Below, in pieces: positions 48,884 through 59,751 of a DNA stretch of 64,000 nt. The position numbers and the translations under genes are program-made. Within the stretch, counting starts at the first letter, position 1. Every line of letters begins with the position of its first letter. The stretch lies in IMG/VR virus record IMGVR_UViG_3300013901_000013, positions 25,592 to 89,591 of that record; one strand, written 5' to 3'. The notes below the pieces were generated by a model that saw nothing but the letters and a program-made list of their open reading frames with translations, had not been told where the DNA came from and searched no databases. This DNA is from a virus. Taxonomy: Duplodnaviria > Caudoviricetes.

Positions 48884-49795
48884 TTGGCTTACACTACAAA
48901 ATTAGGTGGATATGTTAAATTTCTACGTGGTACGCCAAGCAACTGGGCTGCATTAAGTAATGCAGAAAAAGATTCAGATACTCTTTATTTTATCTCTGAA
49001 CCTGATGGGAAGGAAGGAAAACTTTATTTAGGTCCTAAACTCATTGCCGGAGGTGGCAGTGGTTCTTCAGCTAGTTCTTTGAAGGATTTAGAAGATATTC
49101 TTATTTCCGAAAACGTAGACGCTGGCTCTTTTTTAGTTTATGACAAAGAAAAAGAGAAATGGGTAAATAAAGCTGCTTCTCAGGTTTTAGCATCTGTTAT
49201 TGCTGTAATGAAAGGTGCTACAGCTGATAAAGATGGAGAAGCTGGATTAGTTCCAGTTCCAACTCAAGGACAGCAAAATCTTTTCTTGAGAGGCGATGCT
49301 ACATGGGCTGACCCAACTGTTGAATTAAAAGCTACAGTCGCAGCTTTAATTGCTGATGACGCTGATAAATCAATTAGAGAAATAGCTAGAGATGAATTAA
49401 AAACAGTAATTGGTACAGCAGATGAAGCATTTGATACTTTAGGTGAAATTGAGGCTTGGATTAAGAATCATGAAGATACTTCTGATATCCTCAAATTAAC
49501 AAATAAAGTAACAAACTTGGAAAACGTTGTTAGTAATGGTATTCCAGGTACAGATGGGGAAATAAAAACCCCAAGTTTAGTAAAACAAGTTGGAGATTTA
49601 AATGAAAGTTTTAAGAAGCTAAATGAGACAGTTAATGGTACAACTGATGACCCAACTTCTGGTTTAGTTTATGTTACGAGTGACCTTAAAACTAAAGTTA
49701 CTGCTCTTACTGAAACAGTTACTGAACACACTAAAGAAATTAGTGAAATTCAAGAGAAACTTCGTTGGCAAGATTTGGTTATTGCTGACGAATAA
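48884..49795 (+). CDS. Tail fibre/adaptor protein
   Basis: KFLRG...DTLYF N-terminus and GLVPVP....FLRGDATW fibre motif; coiled-coil C-terminus. Confidence 0.65.
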   Translation: MAYTTKLGGYVKFLRGTPSNWAALSNAEKDSDTLYFISEPDGKEGKLYLGPKLIAGGGSGSSASSLKDLEDILISENVDAGSFLVYDKEKEKWVNKAASQVLASVIAVMKGATADKDGEAGLVPVPTQGQQNLFLRGDATWADPTVELKATVAALIADDADKSIREIARDELKTVIGTADEAFDTLGEIEAWIKNHEDTSDILKLTNKVTNLENVVSNGIPGTDGEIKTPSLVKQVGDLNESFKKLNETVNGTTDDPTSGLVYVTSDLKTKVTALTETVTEHTKEISEIQEKLRWQDLVIADE

Positions 49796-49814
49796 TTAAA
49801 AGGAGGAAATAAAT

Positions 49815-51416
49815 ATGGCTAATGTTGGTTTTAAACTTGGTACCCAAGCCAGTGTTGATACCTTACTGAAAACTCCTGGTACGTCAGTCGTAGAAGGTAG
49901 TTTTTATTTAACCAGTGATACTCATAGACTTTATATTGGACAGAAAGCAACAGCTGCTGACACAAATGCGCAACTATTTCCAGTAAATGAAGGTGTTATT
50001 ACAGTTGCAAATGTAGCTGACCTTCCTACTGTTTCTGGGGATGATGCAGCTGTATATGCAGGACGTTTTTATTATGTAACAAATGGTAATATCCTTTGCG
50101 TTTACAATGGTAAATCATGGGTACAAATTAATACTAATACTGATACAACAATTAGTTCTCACTCTTATGCGGTAAGTGGCGGAACCATTACAGATAAGAT
50201 TGGTCTTTCTAATGGTGGCAATAAAGATGCTTCATTTACTGTAGCAGGAGCTAATGGTGTACAGATTACTGGTACTGGCTCAACCTTAACAATTACTGGA
50301 GATAAATATACTTTATCTAGCACAGTAGCTAATAATAAAGCTACAGTAAAATTAGATTCTGCTAATACAGAAAATGATACATCTATTGTTATTGCAGGTG
50401 GTTCTAACGTAACTGTATCCCAAAATGCTGATACAAAAGAAGTTACAATCGCTTCTAATGATACAAAGCTTACTAAATTAACAGGTGCGGCTGCCGCAGA
50501 AGGATTTACCATTTCTGGTACTAATTCTAATGGTGGCACAGTAACTGGCGCGAATGCAGCTACTATCAATCCGCAAATTAAAGTTGGTAAAACAACTCAG
50601 TCTACTGTAAAATTTGTTAATGGTACAGCTACATTAGATGTATACAGCTCTAAAGACATCGACGATAAGATGAAAGCTCTTAATGCGATGGTTTACAAAG
50701 GAACATTAGGTACAGATGGTACAGTAAAAGCTTTACCTACATCTAATATTTCTATTGGTGATACATATTTAGTATCAACAGCTGTCACAATTAATGAGCA
50801 TACAGTATATCCTGGCTCTCTTGTAATCGCAAGAGGTACTGAAGATGCTTCTGGATTTATTACAACTGCTACTCTGGTATGGGATATTGTAGAAAGTACT
50901 CAGGATTCTGATACTCAATATTCATTCCAGTCTATTGCCGGCGGTGTTAAATTACATGCTAGCACAGGTGGAGACGTAGGCCAGTTAGTAATTAACGGTG
51001 GTACTGATGTATCTGTTGCTACTTCTAAAACAGATTCTACTGCTAATCAGACATTAACACTGAACCATAAGGCAGTTACAAGAGCTGATTCTACTGATAC
51101 TGCTTTAACTCAGACAAAAAATGCTAGTACAGATGTAACTGTAGTAACAGGTGTAACAACAAGTGCTACAGGACATATTACTAGTGTTAAGACTAGAAAA
51201 GTAACTCTCGTAGATAGTAATACAAAACTTAGTAGTCTTACTAATGCAGTTGCAGCTTCAAATAACGTAGCTACAGTGACTTCTACCGTTAAAGGTACTC
51301 TTGGTGCTGGTGGAGAAACTTCTGCAGCTGGTACTTTTAAGATTGGTAGCTCAACCATGGCTGTAACAGGCTCAGGTTCTCAAGTAAATATTGATTTAAC
51401 TTGGGGCACTTTCTAA
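49815..51416 (+). CDS. Thr/Gly-rich tail fibre protein
   Basis: EGSFYLTSDTHRLYIG N-terminus, VYKGTL..LPT..IGDTY motif, beta-rich shaft. Confidence 0.65.
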   Translation: MANVGFKLGTQASVDTLLKTPGTSVVEGSFYLTSDTHRLYIGQKATAADTNAQLFPVNEGVITVANVADLPTVSGDDAAVYAGRFYYVTNGNILCVYNGKSWVQINTNTDTTISSHSYAVSGGTITDKIGLSNGGNKDASFTVAGANGVQITGTGSTLTITGDKYTLSSTVANNKATVKLDSANTENDTSIVIAGGSNVTVSQNADTKEVTIASNDTKLTKLTGAAAAEGFTISGTNSNGGTVTGANAATINPQIKVGKTTQSTVKFVNGTATLDVYSSKDIDDKMKALNAMVYKGTLGTDGTVKALPTSNISIGDTYLVSTAVTINEHTVYPGSLVIARGTEDASGFITTATLVWDIVESTQDSDTQYSFQSIAGGVKLHASTGGDVGQLVINGGTDVSVATSKTDSTANQTLTLNHKAVTRADSTDTALTQTKNASTDVTVVTGVTTSATGHITSVKTRKVTLVDSNTKLSSLTNAVAASNNVATVTSTVKGTLGAGGETSAAGTFKIGSSTMAVTGSGSQVNIDLTWGTF

Positions 51417-51460
51417 TAATTGATTAAAAATAACTTTTAATTCTATTAGAGAGATTGGAA

Positions 51461-51499
51461 CGGAAGAGAAATGTTGTTTCATTTCTCTTCCGTTTTTTT
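51461..51499 (+). terminator. Rho-independent terminator
   Basis: 13-bp stem CGGAAGAGAAATG/CATTTCTCTTCCG followed by T7. Confidence 0.88.
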
Positions 51500-51532
51500 A
51501 CTTTATATAAAAAGATAGAAAGGAGATACCGC

Positions 51533-54500
51533 ATGAATCCAAGTTTTAGACCTATACGTGGTACAGAAGAAAAACTTCTGGCAACACCATATCAGGAAGG
51601 TTATATATATTTTGCTATTGACACTGGTAATATTTACATGGATGCCAATAATCAAGCCAAAATACCGCTTGGAGGTAGAGGAGCTGCAGTATTATATTCC
51701 AAAGTAAAAGGAATACAAAATTCTGGCGATGATAATTATACTCTTTATCAAGAAGGGTTAGAAGATTCAAACCAGACTGTAAGAGAAGGCGATTTAATTA
51801 TTAATACTGCTGATGGCGCATTTTATAAAGTTCTTGAGATTAATTCTGTTGATGAATCAATTATTTGCGCTAGAATTGCCGTAAGTGGCTCTGGTGGTGG
51901 TGGAACTGGTGGAGAAACTGGACCAGTGACAAAAAGAGGTCGTTTGACAGTAACTAACAATGGTGAATCTGATTTATTGAATGGTTCAACTTGTACCTTT
52001 ACTATTACAACAACTTCTGCTACAGAAGATGATAAACCTATTGATGATGAATTACAGTTAGCTATTACTTATATGTTAACTGATTCAAAGCAAACTTTCT
52101 ATACAGAAACTTTATCTGTTGAGCATGGTCAGACTTTTATATATGATGCAACTGAATTTTTGAGAAGCTCATCAGATATTACTATTGATTTTAAATTAAC
52201 AGGTAGTGCATCTAACTCATTCTATAATAGTGGACAATTACAAAGACGTGTTAGAACTCATGATTTAAGTATTGAATGGGTAGCTAGCCAGTTTAGTAAT
52301 ATGAAATACTTCACTGAATCTATTAATACATCAATTCGTTTCTCCACTGGAGCTAGACGTATTCTTGATGTTTATTTTGATGATTCATTAGTTTATACAA
52401 AAATTTATTCTGCGGAATCCGCAGATGCAAGCGCCGCACCTATTATTACAAGAAATTCTACTGTATATAATACAGATGGAAGTTCTACTGGTGAAACTCT
52501 TGGAGCAGCTTACTCTCATGGTAGACATACCATTAGTGCTAGATTAAGTCTTGCTAAAGCAGATGGTAGCCGTGGTAGCGGAACTGATTTAATCAAAAAA
52601 GAAGTAGCTCTTTATCTTGATGAAGGTTATCCTCTTATTTGGTTTGGTGATATGGAATCTGTTTATTACGAGTATGATAATCCATTAGTACCGATTCGTG
52701 TATATGACCCACACGCTGGAGCAACTGGCGCAGAAGTATATTTATATATTGATGGTTCAGATGCTTTAGATGGTTCTTGCTACACAATCTCTAATGATGC
52801 TTCTAACTATTTATATTGGACTTTGACTAAATTAGCAGCTGGTCAAACAACTGTATATCAGGTTCGTGTAGGTGAAGATAAATATGAAACTTGGGAAACT
52901 GTACCAGAATTTGAGGTATTAGAAGACCCAAGAAAAATGGATGTTGCAAGAAGTTCTCTTATTGTTGATTTTGATTCAAGAGGACGTTCTAATTCAGAAG
53001 TTGCTCAAAGACGTTCACAGTTAAAAGTTGGTGATGCTTATGCTACATTAACAGGATTTAACTGGTATAATAACGGTTGGGTAATGGATGAAAATAATGT
53101 AACTTGTCTGAGAATTAGTAATGGCGCAAGTGTTTCCTTACCAATAGGAGCTATGTCATTTGCGGGTAATGTACCTTCTCATACTATTGAAATGAGAATG
53201 AAAATTCGTAATGTTCAATCTTATGATAAACTTATTACTAACTATACTCGTTATCAAGTAATCAGTGACCCAGATAAATTATCTAGTCCTGATATTGATA
53301 GAAGTTGGTCAGATGAAGAAGTGTTTGCGGAGTTTTTGGCTCAAAAAGCTACAGGGCTTGCTAGTTACGATGCTTATCTGACAAAACGTCTTCCAGAGTT
53401 AAGAGAAAAAAATAAAACAATTCCTACTTATGAAGATTTGGAATTTAGTTATTTATATCGTGCATATGACCTTGCTTCTGCAATGGTTAAATATATCGCG
53501 AATGAATCTAGCCCGCAGACTGAAGCAGCTATCTGCCTCGGACCGCAAGATGGTTATTTCTCTAATGGAACAAATGCTGTAACAGTAGATTACGTAGAAG
53601 ATAAAATTATTAATTTAACTATCGTTTATGATAATGGTACTGGTACAAATAACCTTGGAAATAACAAATTAATGAAGTTCTATCTGAATGGTATGTTAAC
53701 AAGCGTTGCTCGTTCACAATCCGCAGGTAGTTGGGCAATTAATGCGCCAAACTTTATTATTAGTTCTGGTGGATGCGATGTTGACCTTTATAAATTTAGA
53801 GTTTATAATCGTGCTTTAGGACTCAATGAAGTTCTTAAAAATATTGCATATGATGATACAGATACAACCGCATGGGATTTAGCAGAACTTTATGTTGCTA
53901 ATGAATCTATTGGTGAAGATTATCAATTCTCTTATAATAAGATGATTGAATATAATAAAAACCATCCAGATGGTTATATCATGCCTTATATCATCTTTAC
54001 TACTGATGATACTGACAACTCTACTGGTGGTAAACTGCCATGGAGAAAAGATACACCTGTAACTGCGGGAGTTGAGTTTGTTAACACTGGGCTTGATAGA
54101 GCTTATGACAACGGTGATTTGGCCGCTGAAGCTAAAGCCGCAGGAATGGAAATTGAAGATTACTACTTACATCATTGTCCTTCTTGGATTTCTGATGGAG
54201 CTACACTTAGTGTTCAGGGTACATCTTCTGAATTCTATCCACGCCGCAATTACAAAGCAAAAACAAAAGTTAATGTTGATAAAGTAGATGAAAATGGTAG
54301 TACTTCTACTGATGAATTTGGCGATGTAATAACTGATACAGTTTATACAATGAAGTGCCATAAAGGACCTTTTAAAGAAAAGTATGATGCAGGACAGGCT
54401 AAATCTCAGAAATTCTTCTACTATGACAATGATACCGTTGGAACTAATAAATTTACTTTAAAAGTAGATTACATGGAATCTTCTGGTACTTATAATATGG

Positions 54501-57500
54501 GTCTTGCGAATTTAGTTAACACAGCTTATTCACACCATCCATTAAGAGATTACAATAGTGCAAATGCTTTTGTGAGTGGCACAACTGGTAAAGAAGAACT
54601 TATTACCTCTTATCCTGCTGATGGATTATGCTGGTATAGAAACCATAAGGGTAACTGGAAATGCGCTTCTACAGGTAATGCTGAGAAAGATAAACAATTA
54701 CTTGGTGCAAATTATGACAATGTAATTGGTGATATTTCTTGTACAAATGCCGCGGATTTTGCAAAAGGACCATGGCAATTAGCTAAGGAACAAGGACAAA
54801 CTAAAATTCTTGGCGGAGCTAAAAAGACATTGCCAGATTCTCCTGATGATGTTGAAGCTATTAAGACTAATATTAGCACTAATAGTGAAAATGGAACTTA
54901 TGATGACCTTAAAGGTTATATTAATAAATGGTATGTATATACCCCAGGTTCAATGTCTCCTACAACTGTAGGTAATTTAGGTGATTACAGAACTTCTGTT
55001 CAAGGATTTCCTACTTTAGCATTCTGGCAGACAAAGACTGGAAAAGAAAATAAGCAAGAACCATTATTTATTGGACGTTATAATATGCTACTTGATAAAG
55101 GTTCTGCTGAAGCATATGGATTTAAACTTGGAAGTAGCTATAAACAAGCATTTATTGATGGCAATCCAGCAGTAGCTGATATCGCCGAATGTTGGGAATT
55201 TGAGAATAACTCTCGTGGATTCTGTTCATTTAGAGACCCATGGAATCGTAAGGAACTTTCCTTTAGAGCTCCAGTAGGTCAGACTAATGAATTTACAGCT
55301 AAAGGTGCACCTATTGTTGCGGATTACTTTGAATATAGATATAATGCTAATGATGATTATATTGATATGCTTTATAGTATGAATACTTCTTTCGAGAATC
55401 CTAATACTGTAAAGAAATTACAGAAACAGTTCGGCGCAGATAAAATTACTGATATTGCTTCTGGACGTGAAAAATTACTTGACTTATATAGTAATTGGGA
55501 AAAAGCAGTGGCTTGGGTATGGTCAACCGCGACTGATGCTGTAATTGATGGAAAAGCTGTTCCTACTCTTGGTTCATATAATGAAATTGAATTATATGAA
55601 TATGTATTTACGCCAAATAAATTCTATATTGAAAATGAAGATGGCGGATACAAATTTGCTGCTGAATACAAAGATGGCATTTCTTATTACTTATTGAATA
55701 GTGATAAAGAATACTATGGAGTTACAGTAACAAATGAAGCTAGCAAAGTATATGTAGCTAACAAATATTATACCTTGGAGAATGATAATTACGTTCTTGC
55801 TGAAGGTGAATATGATGCTAGTGAAGTATATTATGAATTAGTTCAAGACACAAGTAAAATTGATGAGTTCTGGAGACTTACAAAACCAGTAACTTATGGA
55901 ACAACAACTTATGAATATGATACACAAGAATATCGTTTAGCTAAGTTCAAAAATGAAGTTGAGGACCACTTTAATATTGAATATTTAGTAACATATTTCG
56001 TAATTACAGAGGTACTTGAATGTTATGACTCTCGTGGAAAAAATGCAATGTTTGCTTCATGGGGACCTCAGAAAGAAAAAGGAGATTATATCTGGTATCC
56101 TATTTTCTATGATATGGATACACAATTAGGTATTAATAATACTGGTATTCCTTCTTTTGAATATAATATTGATGCTACCGAAGATGGAACGTTTTCTACT
56201 AATGATAGTGTTCTTTGGAATAACTTATATGCTTTATTTAAGAACTTAATTACAGATAAATATGAGCAATTAACAGGAGTTCCTAGTGAATATTTTGGCG
56301 GAAAACTTTCAAATCCTCCTTTTGTTAATGTAGACACTATTCAAAGTTGGTATACATGTGACCCTAAATATATTAAGAGCTATTCAGTAAAAGGTATTAG
56401 ACCTTTACTTGCACTTAATCTTGATGAACAATATAAATATATCTCTATTACCAATAGTAAAGTAGGTTATCCATATCAGAATGGTGAAATAACTCAGGAT
56501 ACAAGTAACACTTATTTCTATGCTTTGCAGGGTGATAGAAAGTTATCTAATAACCAATTCTTAACGAACCGCTTGAATTATATTGATTCATGGCTAGCTG
56601 TAGGAAACTATAAGCGTGGTGGCGCAAATAGAATTCGTTCTCGTGTTTCTGCGAACAATGCGCAGAATACATCAGATAAATGGATTGAGGGTACTTCTAC
56701 TAATGGTGCTACTGGTCTTGTTATCAATACACCTTATTATAAAGAAGATGGAAAAACTAAGACTCATTTATTCGATGGTGAATATTGGATTACAATGACA
56801 CCTGTTCGTAATATGTATGTAACTGTTGGTACTGATGCGGCGAACTTCCCATCACTGAAATACTCTGGTACTCCGGTACGTTTTGAGACTTCAGACCTAG
56901 AGAAAGGTGTGCGCGAGAGTGGTAACTATCGTGAACAGTTGTATTACATTTATGGACTTGACCAAATGAAATCACTTGGAGATTTAAGTAGACTATATTT
57001 CCAAGAGTTTGAACTTTCTGGTAAAGCTTCTAAGATGGTAGATTTACTTCTTGGATATGATGGAACTGATGAAGAAGGAAATCAATATAAAAATAGTGGT
57101 GTAAATGACTGGACAATTCCAGCAGCCGCAGGTACTCTTACTGGTGGTATGCCATTATTGAGAGAGGTTAATTTAAGTAATATTACTTTTAAAAACCAAA
57201 CTCCTACATTTGATTTCTCAAGTTGTGAAAAACTTGAAAACTTCCGTGATATTGGTTCAAATATCACTCAAGTTACTTTTGCTGATGGCGTTGCTTTAAA
57301 TACATTGTATTTATCTGACTCTACAGTGAACTTAAAACTTGTTGAAGCTAGACTGCTTACTGAATTAGTAACAGATGAAAAAGCTCCAATTACTAGAAAT
57401 GAACAAGATAATACACTTACGGCTAAACCTGGTTTATTTATTGATGGTTTAACTAATGGTAAGAAACAAACTAAGCTTATTACTTTTGATATTCAAGGTG

Positions 57501-59410
57501 GTAATTTAGGATATAATAGCTACAAGTTATTGAAGCTTTATACTGAAGCCGCAAATAATACAGATGCTAATGCAACTCGTAGAATTAATCTGACTGATGT
57601 TCAATGGAGTCCATATGTTAAGGTTACAGACCCAGATTTAGGATTCAGCAATTCCGCAAGTTATTTTAAAGATGATGGTCACTTTGGTTTAACCGCATTT
57701 ACACAAGATGACTATAGCAAAGTTGGATTTTCTGGTTGGTCTCAATTAATTAATAATGGAATGATTTATGAATATACTCCAACTGCAGTAAAAGGTATTA
57801 CCTTAGATGAATCTAGTGGTGTAACTAATATTACTGATACAGCTCTTCTTGAGGAACTGGTAAGCAATGTTCATTACAATAGTACCGCAGAAGCTGATAA
57901 TGAAGTACCTAATATTACAGGTTATGTTTATATTAATAATGAAACAGCCATTGACGAAGGAAGAATTCAAGATACTTTAGCAAGTAAATTCCCTGGATTA
58001 ACTTTCTTCTTCAACAAAGTTGACAAAGGATATGCGGCTAGATTCGTTATTCTTGAAAATGGCGTTGAAACATTAATTGGAACTGATAAAATTAGTAAAC
58101 AGAACTCTAGTAAATTCTTTACTAACCCTCTCGAAAGAACTGAAACAGCATTTAGTTCTAGTAGAATTAATGCTTTAAGACCTACCAAAGACTTCTTAGG
58201 ATGGTCTACAACAAATGATAGAAGTGGTTTAGTAGAGACCTATGATGATGTTGCTACTGGTCTTGGTGTTCCTGCAACTCACTTGTGGAAAGATATGAAA
58301 CTAGAAAAGAATCAATATGACTATACTTATTATGCCGTATTTGAGGATCACTATTGGAATATTTCTTTCTACGTAGTTGAAGCTGATGGAAGTTATACTG
58401 AGATTACAAAGGATGTTTATACTACTGGTAGTGGCGGTAACACTATTGTAACTAAAACACCAATTTCTTACAAGGCAGTACATGGTAGTATTTTACATGA
58501 CCCAGGAGTAAACGTTGCTCGTAGCGATGAAGCTAATTTGGCTAAGGAACAACGTTATAGATTTATTGGATTTACTAGAAAAGTAAATGGTAAGAATGTT
58601 TATGCAGCTGAAAATGCTGTTAGTGTAGTAGATTTTTCTAAAATAGTTGCTACTTCAAATACAAGCTTTTATGCAGCATTTGTTGAAGAAAGTGTTTATG
58701 ATAAAACTACTGATGATAAATATTTTAATTATGTTGATGTTGAGATTGATGGAACTTCTGGTTACAGACTTGAACTTAAATCTCAATATTGTAATTCTGG
58801 TTTTGGTGGTAAAATTACTTTACCAGTAGAATATAATAGTAAACCAATTATCCAGATTAGCGGATTTGGTGGTTCTACAAATCATACAGATATTACTTAT
58901 GTGTTCTTTAAAGGAACACCGCAAGTTAAGTCTATCGCGCCTTCTTGTTTCCAGAATTGTAGTAAATTAAAATATTTCCAATATCCAAATTCAGTTACTG
59001 AATTGGGTGCTCTTAGTTTCCAACTTACAAGTTCACTAGAATTCTTTAGACTGAATAAAGGATTACAAACTATTGGAGATAGTGCATTAAACCAAGCATT
59101 CTCTAATAGTTCAACTTCTTCTTATGAATTATATATTCCTGGCACAGTAAGTAGGATTGAGCAATATGGTCTTGCTTACCTGTTTAGCACTATTAATTCT
59201 ATTACTATTGGCGGCCCTGGTGATGGAACTCAATTAGAGTCTCTCGGATATCAATGCATGGCTCAAAATAGCAATGGTAAAGCCAAAACGATGTTTGTTT
59301 ATTCAAATGGCGAAATTTCTAGCGCAGTTAAAGAATTCCTGGATACTAATTCCTATGGAGGAGCAGGTTTCTTACAAGATAATGTAAAAATTAGCTACTT
59401 AAATGCATGA
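51533..59410 (+). CDS. Giant multidomain virion-associated protein: LamG-like, CotH-kinase-like, LRR, InlB-B-like and BspA-type LRR regions (about 2625 aa)
   Basis: AGGAG RBS before ATG 51533; VQGTSS..YPRRNYK, FIGRYN...DK, DSRGKN and WYPIFYDMDT CotH-like motifs; FLGWST/FIGF repeats; F.NC..L...SF C-terminal LRRs. Confidence 0.75.
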   Translation: MNPSFRPIRGTEEKLLATPYQEGYIYFAIDTGNIYMDANNQAKIPLGGRGAAVLYSKVKGIQNSGDDNYTLYQEGLEDSNQTVREGDLIINTADGAFYKVLEINSVDESIICARIAVSGSGGGGTGGETGPVTKRGRLTVTNNGESDLLNGSTCTFTITTTSATEDDKPIDDELQLAITYMLTDSKQTFYTETLSVEHGQTFIYDATEFLRSSSDITIDFKLTGSASNSFYNSGQLQRRVRTHDLSIEWVASQFSNMKYFTESINTSIRFSTGARRILDVYFDDSLVYTKIYSAESADASAAPIITRNSTVYNTDGSSTGETLGAAYSHGRHTISARLSLAKADGSRGSGTDLIKKEVALYLDEGYPLIWFGDMESVYYEYDNPLVPIRVYDPHAGATGAEVYLYIDGSDALDGSCYTISNDASNYLYWTLTKLAAGQTTVYQVRVGEDKYETWETVPEFEVLEDPRKMDVARSSLIVDFDSRGRSNSEVAQRRSQLKVGDAYATLTGFNWYNNGWVMDENNVTCLRISNGASVSLPIGAMSFAGNVPSHTIEMRMKIRNVQSYDKLITNYTRYQVISDPDKLSSPDIDRSWSDEEVFAEFLAQKATGLASYDAYLTKRLPELREKNKTIPTYEDLEFSYLYRAYDLASAMVKYIANESSPQTEAAICLGPQDGYFSNGTNAVTVDYVEDKIINLTIVYDNGTGTNNLGNNKLMKFYLNGMLTSVARSQSAGSWAINAPNFIISSGGCDVDLYKFRVYNRALGLNEVLKNIAYDDTDTTAWDLAELYVANESIGEDYQFSYNKMIEYNKNHPDGYIMPYIIFTTDDTDNSTGGKLPWRKDTPVTAGVEFVNTGLDRAYDNGDLAAEAKAAGMEIEDYYLHHCPSWISDGATLSVQGTSSEFYPRRNYKAKTKVNVDKVDENGSTSTDEFGDVITDTVYTMKCHKGPFKEKYDAGQAKSQKFFYYDNDTVGTNKFTLKVDYMESSGTYNMGLANLVNTAYSHHPLRDYNSANAFVSGTTGKEELITSYPADGLCWYRNHKGNWKCASTGNAEKDKQLLGANYDNVIGDISCTNAADFAKGPWQLAKEQGQTKILGGAKKTLPDSPDDVEAIKTNISTNSENGTYDDLKGYINKWYVYTPGSMSPTTVGNLGDYRTSVQGFPTLAFWQTKTGKENKQEPLFIGRYNMLLDKGSAEAYGFKLGSSYKQAFIDGNPAVADIAECWEFENNSRGFCSFRDPWNRKELSFRAPVGQTNEFTAKGAPIVADYFEYRYNANDDYIDMLYSMNTSFENPNTVKKLQKQFGADKITDIASGREKLLDLYSNWEKAVAWVWSTATDAVIDGKAVPTLGSYNEIELYEYVFTPNKFYIENEDGGYKFAAEYKDGISYYLLNSDKEYYGVTVTNEASKVYVANKYYTLENDNYVLAEGEYDASEVYYELVQDTSKIDEFWRLTKPVTYGTTTYEYDTQEYRLAKFKNEVEDHFNIEYLVTYFVITEVLECYDSRGKNAMFASWGPQKEKGDYIWYPIFYDMDTQLGINNTGIPSFEYNIDATEDGTFSTNDSVLWNNLYALFKNLITDKYEQLTGVPSEYFGGKLSNPPFVNVDTIQSWYTCDPKYIKSYSVKGIRPLLALNLDEQYKYISITNSKVGYPYQNGEITQDTSNTYFYALQGDRKLSNNQFLTNRLNYIDSWLAVGNYKRGGANRIRSRVSANNAQNTSDKWIEGTSTNGATGLVINTPYYKEDGKTKTHLFDGEYWITMTPVRNMYVTVGTDAANFPSLKYSGTPVRFETSDLEKGVRESGNYREQLYYIYGLDQMKSLGDLSRLYFQEFELSGKASKMVDLLLGYDGTDEEGNQYKNSGVNDWTIPAAAGTLTGGMPLLREVNLSNITFKNQTPTFDFSSCEKLENFRDIGSNITQVTFADGVALNTLYLSDSTVNLKLVEARLLTELVTDEKAPITRNEQDNTLTAKPGLFIDGLTNGKKQTKLITFDIQGGNLGYNSYKLLKLYTEAANNTDANATRRINLTDVQWSPYVKVTDPDLGFSNSASYFKDDGHFGLTAFTQDDYSKVGFSGWSQLINNGMIYEYTPTAVKGITLDESSGVTNITDTALLEELVSNVHYNSTAEADNEVPNITGYVYINNETAIDEGRIQDTLASKFPGLTFFFNKVDKGYAARFVILENGVETLIGTDKISKQNSSKFFTNPLERTETAFSSSRINALRPTKDFLGWSTTNDRSGLVETYDDVATGLGVPATHLWKDMKLEKNQYDYTYYAVFEDHYWNISFYVVEADGSYTEITKDVYTTGSGGNTIVTKTPISYKAVHGSILHDPGVNVARSDEANLAKEQRYRFIGFTRKVNGKNVYAAENAVSVVDFSKIVATSNTSFYAAFVEESVYDKTTDDKYFNYVDVEIDGTSGYRLELKSQYCNSGFGGKITLPVEYNSKPIIQISGFGGSTNHTDITYVFFKGTPQVKSIAPSCFQNCSKLKYFQYPNSVTELGALSFQLTSSLEFFRLNKGLQTIGDSALNQAFSNSSTSSYELYIPGTVSRIEQYGLAYLFSTINSITIGGPGDGTQLESLGYQCMAQNSNGKAKTMFVYSNGEISSAVKEFLDTNSYGGAGFLQDNVKISYLNA

Positions 59411-59425
59411 TAACGGAGGTTTAAC

Positions 59426-59638
59426 ATGACTAAAGTTAAATTATATGTATATCTGGGGACTAATGGAACTATTGAGTCCCCAGTCCATCTGGAAGATATA
59501 TTCTATACTACTCGTTATCGTCTTATAGCAGATAATGACAAAGTTCTTACTAAAGATGGTAAGAACTTTGTTAATTCTACAACTATTCCAGAAGATGAAG
59601 TAGACGAGTGGAAAGAAGTTCCATCTGGACAAAAATAA
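59426..59638 (+). CDS. Small hypothetical protein (70 aa)
   Basis: GGAGG RBS; follows the giant protein. Confidence 0.75.
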   Translation: MTKVKLYVYLGTNGTIESPVHLEDIFYTTRYRLIADNDKVLTKDGKNFVNSTTIPEDEVDEWKEVPSGQK

Positions 59639-59751
59639 TTATAAGCAATAATTTATCTTTCAAATTATTTTGAAAGAAAATACAAGCGGTTTCTGGTTGT
59701 GCTTTGCGCCGACTGGAAGCCGCAATAATATAGAAAGGATTGGGCATTTAG

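Noticed and set aside
51455-51532. N-terminal extension of the giant protein given in the ORF track
   Set aside because: Runs through a terminator; the RBS supports ATG 51533.
58800-59410. DGR variable region in the C-terminal BspA-like LRRs
   Set aside because: No reverse transcriptase and no near-identical template repeat noticed in this window; cannot be excluded elsewhere in the genome.
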